From positions 8,863 to 72,862 of the IMG/VR virus record IMGVR_UViG_3300017971_000277: a stretch of DNA of 64,000 nucleotides. One strand, 5' to 3'. Source of the DNA: a virus. Below the pieces are notes generated by a model that did no database searches, was not told the DNA's origin, and saw only the letters and a program-made list of their open reading frames with translations. Shown one piece after another: positions 47,387-56,363 of this stretch; positions within the stretch are counted from its first letter, which is position 1, and every line of letters begins with the position of its first letter. The translations under genes were made by a program, and so were the position numbers.

Positions 47387-49977
47387 ATCCCCGTCATCTT
47401 TCGCACGCGGTAGCGAGGACCACGTCTCGTCTTACTCGAGTAGAGAGCATAGCGCAAAGCGTCCATGCAGTTGTGGGAGACTACGCCCGACTTCAGCAAA
47501 AAGCAATGAAGCTCAGGAACATTCAGGCACCAGACTGGTGAGCATCCGGCAAATCGGACTTCGCTGACTTCGACCGTCTCGCCCGTAATGCTCTCGCCTT
47601 GCACTTCGCAGAGCAGAAGCGGCTCCTGCTTGGGAAGAAGGTTTCGTAGCTGGTTTCGCAGACTTCGCACGTCTTGGTAGTTGTGGTCCTTCGTTCCCAC
47701 GTCTCCTTGCCGTGCTGCTTGTGCCACTCCCGGCCCTCCTCTGAAGCGTGCCACGCGCAAGCCGCAGGTAGTGCTTTGTTCAGCATGTTCTCGCGCAACT
47801 GCTTCCGCCTCTGCTCGTTTATGTGCTCGTTTGAGTGCTGCTTCGGCGACAGCAAGCAGAGGTTGTCCAAGTTGTTGTTTGAAGTGTCCTCGTCTACGTG
47901 ATGAACATGAAACCCAGGCTTGATCTCCCCGCGGCTCGCTTCCCACACCGAGCGATGAAGATACTCCCGTCCCCCGCCCTTCTTTGGTCTGCTGAAATAC
48001 CTTCCGCACTTCCAGTAGGGAACGCCAAGGAATACCTGCTTCGTCTCGCTTACGACTACTGGATTCAGGTCCATGCCTCACCTTCAAAAGCCGACTACCG
48101 GGATGGAGATCGGCTACCGAAGCGTAACGCATAGAGTCCAGTAGAAACAGGTGGTTTTCAGTCGCGAGGTGTGTTTCACCGTTTGACAGTACCACCTCGT
48201 AGACCTCAGCATTCGACTGCGTTTGGCGTGCTCGGTTATATGGGCGGAATCCGACCGGGGTAAGGATCTCCCCGTCCTTGCCATCTAGGGTCTGAATCTC
48301 GACCCATCCGTGTCCCCGTGTGCAGACCAGCGTATCTGGTGCAAGGCAGTGATCGTCCACCTTCATCGGCTTCCCGGTGCGATCGACCCTACCATCTGCG
48401 TAGGTCGGCCATCGATAGCTTCCGAATTCGCTGAGGACGTGCTTGCAGTCTTCCCAGACGTAGAGCATCGGTTCTTCAGCCGGAGGAAAACCGCGAAGAA
48501 GGCTAGAGACGTGGTCGATTCCCATCAACACGTCCTTGTGAGCCTGCTTCGTCGGAACACCGAGAGCCTTAAGCTCGAGCCGGTCCTGTGCGCTCCAGTC
48601 AGCGTAGATCGGCTCGGAGCGAGTCCAGAACGGTGAGCGCTTGACTGCATTGGCGTGGTCACGGATGAGTCGCTGCTCCGCCACGTATTCAAAGAACACG
48701 AGCCAAGCACCAGTCGGCATCTGCGTGACCTTCAGATAGACGAACGGGTGACCAGGGCTAGAGCCGAAGTCCATGCCACCAACTCGAGGCCAAGTGATCT
48801 GAGGGTGATGGCAGCGAGTCATCTCGTAGAGCTTCTTGCGGGTCATAACGTGCCGACCGTTGTCGAACATGCTGTAGACCAGCTTTTCGCGGGACGGACG
48901 CTTATTGAGCCACTCGACTTCGAAGCGCTCGCGGTCGATCAGACGGACCTTGTCGATGAAGTCCTCGATCGGAAAGAAGCCCGCGGACCCGTGAGCCTTA
49001 CCCTTGCAGAACGTGTAGACCGGGCAGTCTCCATGCTCCGGGTCAGCGAAGCAGCGTCGAGTGCAGCGCTCCACCATCTCCCAGACGTTCCACTCGTAGA
49101 TCTCAATGCCCTTGTTTGAAGCCTCGTCCAGCATTCGCTGCATGGAGCCGTTCTGAAGCTGTCGCGTCGAGGTGAACACGTTCTGCCCAACGATCCCCTT
49201 TGCCTTGCTCGAGTGAGCCATCGAGAGTGCGGTCTGAAGGATCTCCCACTCGATTAGGTCGATCTCATCGATGCGCGCCTTATGCGGGTGAGGCGAGCGC
49301 AGACCCTTTTCCGTGCCGGTGATGATCTCGAGCTTCGATCCGTTGGCGTAGCTCGTCTCCTCCTGAATCTCCTTCTTCACGAAGGGTCGTCCAGTCACCT
49401 CGGCGAACTTCTCGCAGAACGAGATGAACCAAGGCATCTGCATGAAGTCTTGCAGGTAACCGTAAGCCTTCTTCGCCTGCGCCTTGACCGCTCCCGCGGA
49501 CGCGATCTCGCACCCCGACTTAAATAGGAGGTCGAGATGGTTGAGGATCGCTACCCCGAACGTCTTCCCGCCGCTTCGATTTGCGAAGGCTAGGGCATTG
49601 CGAGTCCGCTCAAAGAACAGGTCCGCGATGAACTCAAAAGGTGCGCGGTGCCCTGGCTCGATCGCCTTCCGCGGGATGTTTGCGTTGTAAGCGATCTGGA
49701 TGAACTCGTGGAGTTCGTCATCTGTGGACGGGGGGTTCTTGAACTTGCCCTTCGCGTCGATCTCGAGGTAGTGCCAGAGGATCTGCCGGTTAATCGCCTC
49801 GAGCACACGAGGATCTTCTACCGCGACATCAAGCCCGAGAACGTGCTCATCGACCGCGACATCAAGCCGGACAACGTCCTCCTCAACGACCGGAAGAGGA
49901 GTTGGTTCCCTAGGCGCGGGCGGAGGAGGTAGCTGGTCGCTATCCGATGGCGGAGGCGGAGGAGGAAGCATCACCAC
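47383..49977 (-). CDS. terL: Terminase large subunit (intein-containing)
   Basis: ANRSGGKT, RIDEID, GMDFG, IYAD, DDH|CMDALRY after intein removal. Confidence 0.93.
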   Translation of the reverse strand: MVMLPPPPPPSDSDQLPPPPAPREPTPLPVVEEDVVRLDVAVDEHVLGLDVAVEDPRVLEAINRQILWHYLEIDAKGKFKNPPSTDDELHEFIQIAYNANIPRKAIEPGHRAPFEFIADLFFERTRNALAFANRSGGKTFGVAILNHLDLLFKSGCEIASAGAVKAQAKKAYGYLQDFMQMPWFISFCEKFAEVTGRPFVKKEIQEETSYANGSKLEIITGTEKGLRSPHPHKARIDEIDLIEWEILQTALSMAHSSKAKGIVGQNVFTSTRQLQNGSMQRMLDEASNKGIEIYEWNVWEMVERCTRRCFADPEHGDCPVYTFCKGKAHGSAGFFPIEDFIDKVRLIDRERFEVEWLNKRPSREKLVYSMFDNGRHVMTRKKLYEMTRCHHPQITWPRVGGMDFGSSPGHPFVYLKVTQMPTGAWLVFFEYVAEQRLIRDHANAVKRSPFWTRSEPIYADWSAQDRLELKALGVPTKQAHKDVLMGIDHVSSLLRGFPPAEEPMLYVWEDCKHVLSEFGSYRWPTYADGRVDRTGKPMKVDDHCLAPDTLVCTRGHGWVEIQTLDGKDGEILTPVGFRPYNRARQTQSNAEVYEVVLSNGETHLATENHLFLLDSMRYASVADLHPGSRLLKVRHGPESSSRKRDEAGIPWRSLLEVRKVFQQTKEGRGTGVSSSLGVGSEPRGDQAWVSCSSRRRGHFKQQLGQPLLAVAEAALKRAHKRAEAEAVAREHAEQSTTCGLRVARFRGGPGVAQAARQGDVGTKDHNYQDVRSLRNQLRNLLPKQEPLLLCEVQGESITGETVEVSEVRFAGCSPVWCLNVPELHCFLLKSGVVSHNCMDALRYALYSSKTRRGPRYRVRKMTGI
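47470..48348 (-). mobile_element. Class 1 intein (293 aa) in terminase nuclease domain
   Basis: CLAPDTLV start, ATENHLF block B, VWCLNV..HCF..SHN|C end. Confidence 0.9.
47523..48074 (-). CDS. HNH endonuclease nested in +1 frame inside the intein
   Basis: YLHRSVWE..HVHHVDEDTSNNNLDNL..H; C-terminal CEVC..FCSAKC; own AAGGTGAGG RBS. Confidence 0.88.
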   Translation of the reverse strand: MDLNPVVVSETKQVFLGVPYWKCGRYFSRPKKGGGREYLHRSVWEASRGEIKPGFHVHHVDEDTSNNNLDNLCLLSPKQHSNEHINEQRRKQLRENMLNKALPAACAWHASEEGREWHKQHGKETWERRTTTTKTCEVCETSYETFFPSRSRFCSAKCKARALRARRSKSAKSDLPDAHQSGA

Positions 49978-50632
49978 CTCGTAGGATACGCTTCACAGCG
50001 GACGGATCTGACTGGCCGCTCAGAGAATTGCGCAACTTGCGCAGTTCGCTGATCGACATCTCACGGTCTTCCTCGTCCTCGATGGACGGCTTGCCCTCAT
50101 CGGCAGCCCTGAGCTTGTCCATCATATCCTGAACCATCTTCATGCCGCGGATAGCGTGATCCATGCTGGTCACGTTCAAACCCTTGCGGTATTGGGTCAG
50201 GATCTCCTCTGCCTTGTGGTCACCGTAATCCAAAGGGATTCCGGTCGCGTGGTAGAAGAGCTTGCTCCAGAGCCACTCAAGGTGCGCAAGACGCTCGCTG
50301 ACGGTGCGGCTGATCGGGTAGTCCGAGCCAAGGACGTTCGTCGTCAGCGTCTCGATCGCGTTGCTGGTCGCCTTGGCGTGGCTGATCGGACTGACCACGT
50401 CGGCCTCGAGCAGCCGTCTGCGCGTGACGAGGGCTGCTTCATGCTCTGCCATCAGCGCGTCGTATCCGTGAAACGGGCAGTCGTAGGGACAGGAGAAGTC
50501 CGGCTTGCTCCAGTTCTTCGCTGTCTCCCAGTTCATCCCGAACTTGCGTGCGACCTCGGCGAAGTTCTGGGTCTTGAGATAGATCTCCCAGGCTTCCTTG
50601 TGTTGCTCAGGAGTATAGATAGTCCGACCCAT
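49940..50632 (-). CDS. Terminase small subunit (putative)
   Basis: N-terminal HTH (FAEVARKFGMNWETAKNW); directly upstream of terL. Confidence 0.7.
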   Translation of the reverse strand: MGRTIYTPEQHKEAWEIYLKTQNFAEVARKFGMNWETAKNWSKPDFSCPYDCPFHGYDALMAEHEAALVTRRRLLEADVVSPISHAKATSNAIETLTTNVLGSDYPISRTVSERLAHLEWLWSKLFYHATGIPLDYGDHKAEEILTQYRKGLNVTSMDHAIRGMKMVQDMMDKLRAADEGKPSIEDEEDREMSISELRKLRNSLSGQSDPSAVKRILRGGDASSSASAIG

Positions 50633-50635
50633 GCA

Positions 50636-51472
50636 TCACGCTACCTGCCCGATGTCTACGGACGGCTTCGCACGCACGTCGAGCACGATTTCGTGGGCGA
50701 TCAAGAACGCACGCACCTTGGCGAGATGCACGTAGTACTCGATCAAGAAGTCCCACCACCTACCTCCGACGTGTCGTGCTTCGATCACTTGAACGTCGAA
50801 ACCCGACTGGTCGATAAGGTAACGGTTTAACTCTTTAGCCACAACGGCTGAATCCGCCTCGTCGCGGACTTCGACCTGAATGCAGCAGCGGAAGGACTTC
50901 TTGGTGAAGTCCTTCTCGCGCGGAGTCAGCCCGTAGGTCTTTCCCATCTTCTCCGGTGGTGAGGGGACCTCGCCAGGGCTCTTGCCCATCTCGATGGTTT
51001 CGTCCCAGTGCTGCTGAAGCACTTCTCCCATCGATGCGGGAGGAGGGGGAGGAGGTAGAGGAAGCTCTACGCTGTCCGGGGGAGGAGGAGGCGGAGGAGG
51101 AAGTTCGTAGTCGCTCGGTGGAGGAGGAGGAGGCGGAGGAGGAAGTTCAGGGATCGGTTTCTCTGGCACGCCTGGATGGTCCTTGCGCTTGACGCGCTTG
51201 CGGTTCTTCCGCTTTGGCCTTTTGACCGGCCAGCGGTTTTCTAGCCAAGTCAGCAGACCCTTCCGGCCTCGGTCGGACAGGCTCTCCGCCCGACGGTACA
51301 TGTTCCTGCATTCCTTGGTGAAGTCCTCGTCCACCACGAGGCACAAGGACTGCGCCTTGATGAGTGCGGAGATCTTCTCCCGCTCAAAGAAGCGCATTCC
51401 TTGCCGCTCTGCTCTGGGGTAGAGATCCCGGAGCAGATCGTCTCTCCAACTCTTTTGCTTACGCTTCGGCAT
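50636..51472 (-). CDS. Hypothetical protein with basic region and three polyproline tracts
   Basis: P10, P8 and P6 runs. Confidence 0.7.
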   Translation of the reverse strand: MPKRKQKSWRDDLLRDLYPRAERQGMRFFEREKISALIKAQSLCLVVDEDFTKECRNMYRRAESLSDRGRKGLLTWLENRWPVKRPKRKNRKRVKRKDHPGVPEKPIPELPPPPPPPPPSDYELPPPPPPPPDSVELPLPPPPPPASMGEVLQQHWDETIEMGKSPGEVPSPPEKMGKTYGLTPREKDFTKKSFRCCIQVEVRDEADSAVVAKELNRYLIDQSGFDVQVIEARHVGGRWWDFLIEYYVHLAKVRAFLIAHEIVLDVRAKPSVDIGQVA

Positions 51473-52076
51473 CTGCCTTTCGAAGCCTCACTCCCCACCC
51501 TTGCGGGTATCCGTTGACGAAGCTGTAGCCGAGCGGCTCCCTGGAGATAACCTCGAACCCGGTTTGCTTGAAGAGGTCAGCAAGCATCTCGTCGGTCCAC
51601 ACCGTCTGGTGCCAGACGGTGATGTCGTGGCCTGTCTCACCTTCGACCCACACCTTCAGAAGATGCTTTGCGTGCTGCTTCTCCTTCGGACGACCATCCA
51701 AAGGGAAGGTCAGCACGAGAACCCCATCGTCGGCTAGGACGTAGCGCATTTGCTCGAGGCTCTTGATCGCCGCAGGCATCGTGCAGTGCTCAAGATACTC
51801 TCCAAGGATCACTGCGGCGAACTGGCCTTCTGAGAAGGTGTCCGCGGCCTTGAGCACGCTGCCGAGAATGAAACGGGGAAGATCGGTCAGACGCTTGCCA
51901 GTCTGCTCGTCCAACTCGCAGATGTCGAAGTTGATGACCCCGTATTGGCTGAGGTTGCCTGGGTCTTCCTTGCAAGCAGCGTTGAGTATCGCGCCATTCT
52001 CGCGAAGCTCCGCGCAGGCTTCGCGCTGGTAGTTGTGGCAGTTCCTCAAGTTCAGTTGTCCCATTGCTATATCCAC
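51459..52076 (-). CDS. SAM-dependent methyltransferase-like protein
   Basis: ILNAAC, FAAVILGEYLEH, VLADDGVLVLTFP. Confidence 0.7.
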   Translation of the reverse strand: MDIAMGQLNLRNCHNYQREACAELRENGAILNAACKEDPGNLSQYGVINFDICELDEQTGKRLTDLPRFILGSVLKAADTFSEGQFAAVILGEYLEHCTMPAAIKSLEQMRYVLADDGVLVLTFPLDGRPKEKQHAKHLLKVWVEGETGHDITVWHQTVWTDEMLADLFKQTGFEVISREPLGYSFVNGYPQGWGVRLRKADAEA

Positions 52077-53107
52077 TTGATGCCGAGTGCTCGCGCGTCA
52101 GCGCGTTGAATCAGGAAGTTAAGCGCAACCTCCCACGATCTTCTGACCGGAATGATGCGCTTGGTCCCGTCGTCCTCAAACACAGATTCGTGCGGAAGAC
52201 CGAAGTCGTTCAAGCGCGGCGTGATTCGTTGCCATCGCCTCGAGCTTGCTTCCGGTGTCCCGTGAGCAAAAGCAGCATACTTCGCACGGGTGTCGTGGCC
52301 TTGCAGGACTAGGTCGATCAGTTCGCGAAAGGTTTCCTGTCTGCGTTTCTGCATCCTATCGACTTCGAACAAGAAGTCGGTGTAGTGCTCTAGCAGACCA
52401 TTCGGATCGTAGGAATCGCGAATCGCGATCGGGTAGCGAACAAAGGCGCTGATGAAGTTCTTGCGCTCCAGCAGGATGATCCCGCGTCGTGCGCCGCCGA
52501 GTGCGCCGCCGAGTGTCTTTGTCCACTCGACGGTCGTTACGCTGTAGCCGTAGCGACGCCTGTATGCGCGACGAATCTGCCACGTCTGTCGATCGACCAG
52601 CAAAAGCTCTGCGTTGTTCTTGTGCTCCTTGTGAAGAAGGTGCCCGTCACACCGGATGCAGTACTTGAGCCCTTGCTTGAATCCGGTCGCTTCCTTGGGA
52701 AGCCCGCACAAGCACCTCTTGTTGCGCGTTCCCTTCTGCCAGCAGGGCTCGCATCGCGTGTAGGAGAGCATCTTCGTCTCTTCCTCTTGCCTCGGACAGT
52801 AGCGGCAATATTCGCCTCCATGCGTCCCACGCGGGTTGTGATAGGTCTTCAAGCACGTCGTTGAGCAGAACCTTCGATGCGGCTGACCCGACGTGTCCTC
52901 AAACTCCTGCTGGCACTGCGGGCAGACCCGCTTCTTTGGGTTGCGCTTAAGCCACGCCTTCCAGCACTGGATGTCGCAGAAACGCTTCCTGCGCTTCGGG
53001 TAGCCGCGGACGGCTAGGTCGATCTGATCGCCGCACGCCTGGCAGTGGTTAGTTGCCGGTTGAGCCAAACCCACCAGACCCCCTGTCGCTGTCGTCCAAG
53101 TCTTCAA
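52067..53107 (-). CDS. Multi-Zn-finger protein (true start uncertain, near 53070)
   Basis: Multiple CxxC pairs including two CxxC...RFCxxxC modules. Confidence 0.65.
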   Translation of the reverse strand: MKTWTTATGGLVGLAQPATNHCQACGDQIDLAVRGYPKRRKRFCDIQCWKAWLKRNPKKRVCPQCQQEFEDTSGQPHRRFCSTTCLKTYHNPRGTHGGEYCRYCPRQEEETKMLSYTRCEPCWQKGTRNKRCLCGLPKEATGFKQGLKYCIRCDGHLLHKEHKNNAELLLVDRQTWQIRRAYRRRYGYSVTTVEWTKTLGGALGGARRGIILLERKNFISAFVRYPIAIRDSYDPNGLLEHYTDFLFEVDRMQKRRQETFRELIDLVLQGHDTRAKYAAFAHGTPEASSRRWQRITPRLNDFGLPHESVFEDDGTKRIIPVRRSWEVALNFLIQRADARALGIKWI

Positions 53108-53483
53108 CCTCGAGCACCGGAGGCGTGAGGACGGGAGTGAGGATCCCCTGCGCGATCCGGTCGCCTTCTCGCAAAGTGACCGACCTTCCGCCTAGATTGA
53201 CGAGAACGATCTGGACCTCACCTCGGTAACCCTCGTCCACCACACCAGCCAGCCGGTGCAGACCATGCTTCGCAGCCAAGCCGGAGCGATCCCACAGCAG
53301 AAGCGCAGACCCTTCCGGGCAAGCGACTGCGATGCCGGTGCGAAACTTGTGGATCCCACCGACTGGAAGCGTCTTCGTCTCGAGGCTGTAGAAGTCGTAG
53401 CCCGCGTCCGTCTCGTGAGCACGACTGGGGAGCGTAGCTCGCTCGTCCAGCTTCTTGACGGGCAGGAAGAGGGGTTCGGTCAT
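53049..53483 (-). CDS. dut: Trimeric dUTPase
   Basis: AGYD, RSG, GVVDEGYRGE, RIAQ, RGSGGFGSTG; AAGGAG RBS. Confidence 0.96.
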   Translation of the reverse strand: MTEPLFLPVKKLDERATLPSRAHETDAGYDFYSLETKTLPVGGIHKFRTGIAVACPEGSALLLWDRSGLAAKHGLHRLAGVVDEGYRGEVQIVLVNLGGRSVTLREGDRIAQGILTPVLTPPVLEVEDLDDSDRGSGGFGSTGN

Positions 53484-53505
53484 AGCGTTCTCCTTGGGGG
53501 AGAAC

Positions 53506-53534
53506 ACCCTACGGGAGATCCTACGCGGGGTCAA
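53506..53534 (-). promoter_or_regulatory. sigma70-type promoter for dut/packaging operon
   Basis: TTGACC-17-TAGGGT. Confidence 0.55.
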
Positions 53535-53807
53535 TGTCAAAACATTAAAAGCCCGCCGAATAGGATTTCGCCCCCGGATGCGAAAAGCCGCGAAACGCTA
53601 AATTTCGCGGCTGATGGTTTTCGTGCGAAAAGCGAAATTGCGGTCTGCGAAAACCTACCCCCTTAAGAATCCCCCAGGGATCGCTCGGGCCGACGCTTGT
53701 GGAACGTCGCAAAGGACCGAGCGTAATCCTCCTTCGGAGGTAATCAAGAGTAAAATGAAAAAAGAATATCGTCGTTCTAAGCTATTAAATTTCAGCGAAA
53801 TGCGCAG

Positions 53808-54137
53808 ATGATGGAAATCGGTCAGGTGTACCGAGAGTCAAATGGGTCACTTTGGCTCGCTGTCTCCCAAACAATGGTCGTCTCGTTTATCGAAGGTCGT
53901 CTGGTCGAGAAGCCTGCTACCGATGGCATCGCCACCCGGAAGCTCTCCGTTGGGGAAATCATCGAGGTCTGGTGCATTTCTCTCGCCGACCTAGATGCGC
54001 TCAGCCTTGAGTATCTCGACCCTGTTTCCCACAGGTCTACGAACACCAGAAACCGCTCCAAATCCAAGCTCTCCCCCAAAGAAGCTATTGAGGAGACAAG
54101 GTCACGACTTCTGCATCGCTTATCATTTGACCTTTGA
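53808..54137 (+). CDS. Hypothetical protein
   Basis: First ORF of divergent cluster. Confidence 0.55.
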   Translation: MMEIGQVYRESNGSLWLAVSQTMVVSFIEGRLVEKPATDGIATRKLSVGEIIEVWCISLADLDALSLEYLDPVSHRSTNTRNRSKSKLSPKEAIEETRSRLLHRLSFDL

Positions 54138-54155
54138 TACTTTTGAGTGTAGTCT
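54127..54155 (+). promoter_or_regulatory. sigma70-type promoter
   Basis: TTGACC-17-TAGTCT followed by AAGGAGG RBS. Confidence 0.65.
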
Positions 54156-54173
54156 CCCTCCAAGGAGGACCAT

Positions 54174-54542
54174 ATGCCAAAGGTCGCCAAGAAGACTCGT
54201 AAGCGTCCAGCGAAGCAAAAGAAGTCGGTTCGTCGCTGCCATCACCGCAAGCATGAGGTGTTCGAGGGCGAGGACGGCTACTGGGCTCAGTGCAAAACCT
54301 GCGGAGCCTACACGTCCGAAGTCGGATCCCCAGAGGAAGCAGTCGAGAAGCTGAAGCTGCTCTACCGTGCTGCTCCAGCCGCAGGAAGCGGTCGAGGCAA
54401 GAACCTTCCGCCTGGTCAGAAGATCTCGGGCTACGTCCTCTGCGACATCCACCGCGAGAAGCTGCGGCTCTACAAGGAGCGCAACGAACTCGACGGCTTC
54501 TCGGCTGCTCTGCGGCACATCCTCGAGCAGCTTGAAGTCTGA
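54174..54542 (+). CDS. Basic Zn-ribbon protein, possible RHH-like C-terminus
   Basis: CHH..CKTC; FSAALRHILE; strong RBS. Confidence 0.65.
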   Translation: MPKVAKKTRKRPAKQKKSVRRCHHRKHEVFEGEDGYWAQCKTCGAYTSEVGSPEEAVEKLKLLYRAAPAAGSGRGKNLPPGQKISGYVLCDIHREKLRLYKERNELDGFSAALRHILEQLEV

Positions 54543-55213
54543 GCGTCCTCTTCAACGAGGACTGCTTCGCTCTCCTAGCCGACTTCGTTGCCGCTGGCGT
54601 TCTCTTCGACCTCATCCTCACGGATCCCCCCTACAACATCTCCCGCCCCAACAACTTCAAGACGATGGGGCGGGAGGGTTTCGATTGGGGGTGGGATCAC
54701 ACCTTCGATAACCCCAGGCTGATTGAGCTTTGCGCGAAGCTCCTTCGGCCTGGCGGGTCGTTGCTCTACTGGACCGACTGGAAGCTACTCGGAACGCTTA
54801 CATCGGTCGCTGTAGCTTGCGGGCTCGAGGAGAAGGATCCGCTGGTCCTCGAGAAGCCATCGCCGCAGCCGCGGAACATCAAGCGACGCTACGTCAGCGA
54901 CAAGGAGTTTGGCTTCTGGTGCGTGAAGCCGAAAGCCAAGTGGACGTTCACGCCTGCGGAGAAGGGCTACCGTCGCACGCTCTTCCGCTACGACACGCCG
55001 CGGGGCAAGAGGCGGGTCCACCCGACTCAGAAGCCGCTCCAGCTCTTCACCGATCTCATTGCAATTCACTCCAACCCTGGTGATCTTGTTCTTGACCCCT
55101 GCATGGGATCGGGAACTACCGCTGTTGCCGCGAAGAATCTGGGCAGACGCTTCGTGGGCTGTGAGATAGACTTGGATCACTACTCTTCTGCTACGCAAGC
55201 ATTGTCACGCTGA
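54539..55213 (+). CDS. N4-C/N6-A DNA methyltransferase (beta class)
   Basis: ILTDPPY (upstream of track ATG), HPTQKP, VLDPCMGSGTT; start inferred as CTG. Confidence 0.9.
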   Translation: MSVLFNEDCFALLADFVAAGVLFDLILTDPPYNISRPNNFKTMGREGFDWGWDHTFDNPRLIELCAKLLRPGGSLLYWTDWKLLGTLTSVAVACGLEEKDPLVLEKPSPQPRNIKRRYVSDKEFGFWCVKPKAKWTFTPAEKGYRRTLFRYDTPRGKRRVHPTQKPLQLFTDLIAIHSNPGDLVLDPCMGSGTTAVAAKNLGRRFVGCEIDLDHYSSATQALSR

Positions 55214-55287
55214 GAAGCAGAAGAGAAGCCCGCGAGAGTGGTCCAAACTCTCCGGGCTTCGTGCCACCTACGCAAAAGGAGTGCGTC

Positions 55288-55857
55288 GTGGACCGGCAGA
55301 TTACCAAGCGGTGTAGTCATTGCGGAGCAACCTTCCCAAAAAGTGTGGGGGACTCGCTCCCAAAATTCCGTGCGCGGAAGTTCTGTTCCGTGAGGTGCGC
55401 GAATATGGCGCGTAATACACCCTTCCACGAACGCGTACGGGAAGTTGACGGATGCCTAGAGTGGCAGGGTCAACGAAACAGAAAGGGGTATGGTGCGCTC
55501 AGCGTGGCGGGAAAGATGTGGCTTGCTCATCGGTTTGCGTGGACCAAGGCTAACGGAACCATTCCCGATGGGATGTGCGTTCTGCACATCTGCGACAACC
55601 CACCCTGCTGTAACCCAGACCACCTCTTTGTTGGCACCCAAGCAGAAAACCTCGAGGATATGCGGGGAAAGGGTCGGCAGAACCCTCCTAGGGGTAGCTC
55701 GCACCCTCGCAGCAAACTGAGCAGAAGCGACGTTCTTAAGCTTAGGTCGGCAAGAGAAAAGGGCGCACGATGGGAAGAACTAGCAAAAGAGTTTGGTGTG
55801 TCTAAGGCAGCCGCTCGGTTTGCTGGTCTTGGGATCACTTGGAAGCACGTCAAATGA
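55288..55857 (+). CDS. Free-standing HNH homing endonuclease
   Basis: CLEWQG..GYG..AHRFAW..VLHICDNPPCCNPDHL..N; N-terminal Zn finger, C-terminal HTH. Confidence 0.92.
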   Translation: MDRQITKRCSHCGATFPKSVGDSLPKFRARKFCSVRCANMARNTPFHERVREVDGCLEWQGQRNRKGYGALSVAGKMWLAHRFAWTKANGTIPDGMCVLHICDNPPCCNPDHLFVGTQAENLEDMRGKGRQNPPRGSSHPRSKLSRSDVLKLRSAREKGARWEELAKEFGVSKAAARFAGLGITWKHVK

Positions 55858-56363
55858 CCACTACACCGCTGCGTCCCTGCGACTGCAAGACGCCTAGGGA
55901 TCTCGCGCTACTCATTCGAAGCCGCTACCCGATCTCGCAGATCCGCCGAGAGTTCCCGGATGGAACAGAGCGGAAGCTCGAGCGTTGGGCCAAGGGCATG
56001 GTCAAACGAGCCCACCCACAATCCCTCGACACGTTTCATCGCCTGCTGGACGGTGGATGGGACGAGCAGGAGAGAGCAGCTAGAGTCGAGCGCTACGCTA
56101 AGCTGCTCGAGGAGCGCGGGTGGATCTTCTCCCCGCCAACACCTGACAAGGAGTGGGACGATGCCCGTGCGAGTGAAGCCTTCGAAGAAGGACGGAAAGA
56201 CCGTCTACAAGGTCGTGGATCCGAAAGGGAAGGTCTTCGGCACTCACCGCAACCGGAACAAGGCGCTAGCTCAGGTGACCGCGATCAACCTCAGCGAGAA
56301 GCGCAAGAAGAGGCGCAAGAAGCGGTAGTCACACTTCCGCCAGGTCACATCTTCTGGCCCTAA
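55854..56363 (+). CDS. Hypothetical protein
   Basis: ATGA coupling; 3' part overlaps next gene. Confidence 0.55.
   Translation: MTTTPLRPCDCKTPRDLALLIRSRYPISQIRREFPDGTERKLERWAKGMVKRAHPQSLDTFHRLLDGGWDEQERAARVERYAKLLEERGWIFSPPTPDKEWDDARASEAFEEGRKDRLQGRGSEREGLRHSPQPEQGASSGDRDQPQREAQEEAQEAVVTLPPGHIFWP
56161..56328 (+). CDS. 55-aa basic phage protein
   Basis: AAGGAG RBS; YKVVD..GTH..KALAQ..AI..KRKKRRKKR. Confidence 0.65.
   Translation: MPVRVKPSKKDGKTVYKVVDPKGKVFGTHRNRNKALAQVTAINLSEKRKKRRKKR

Noticed and set aside
54539-55857. MTase + HNH as a restriction-modification pair
   Set aside because: The HNH has the architecture of a free-standing phage homing endonuclease (Zn finger, HNH, HTH); adjacency alone is insufficient
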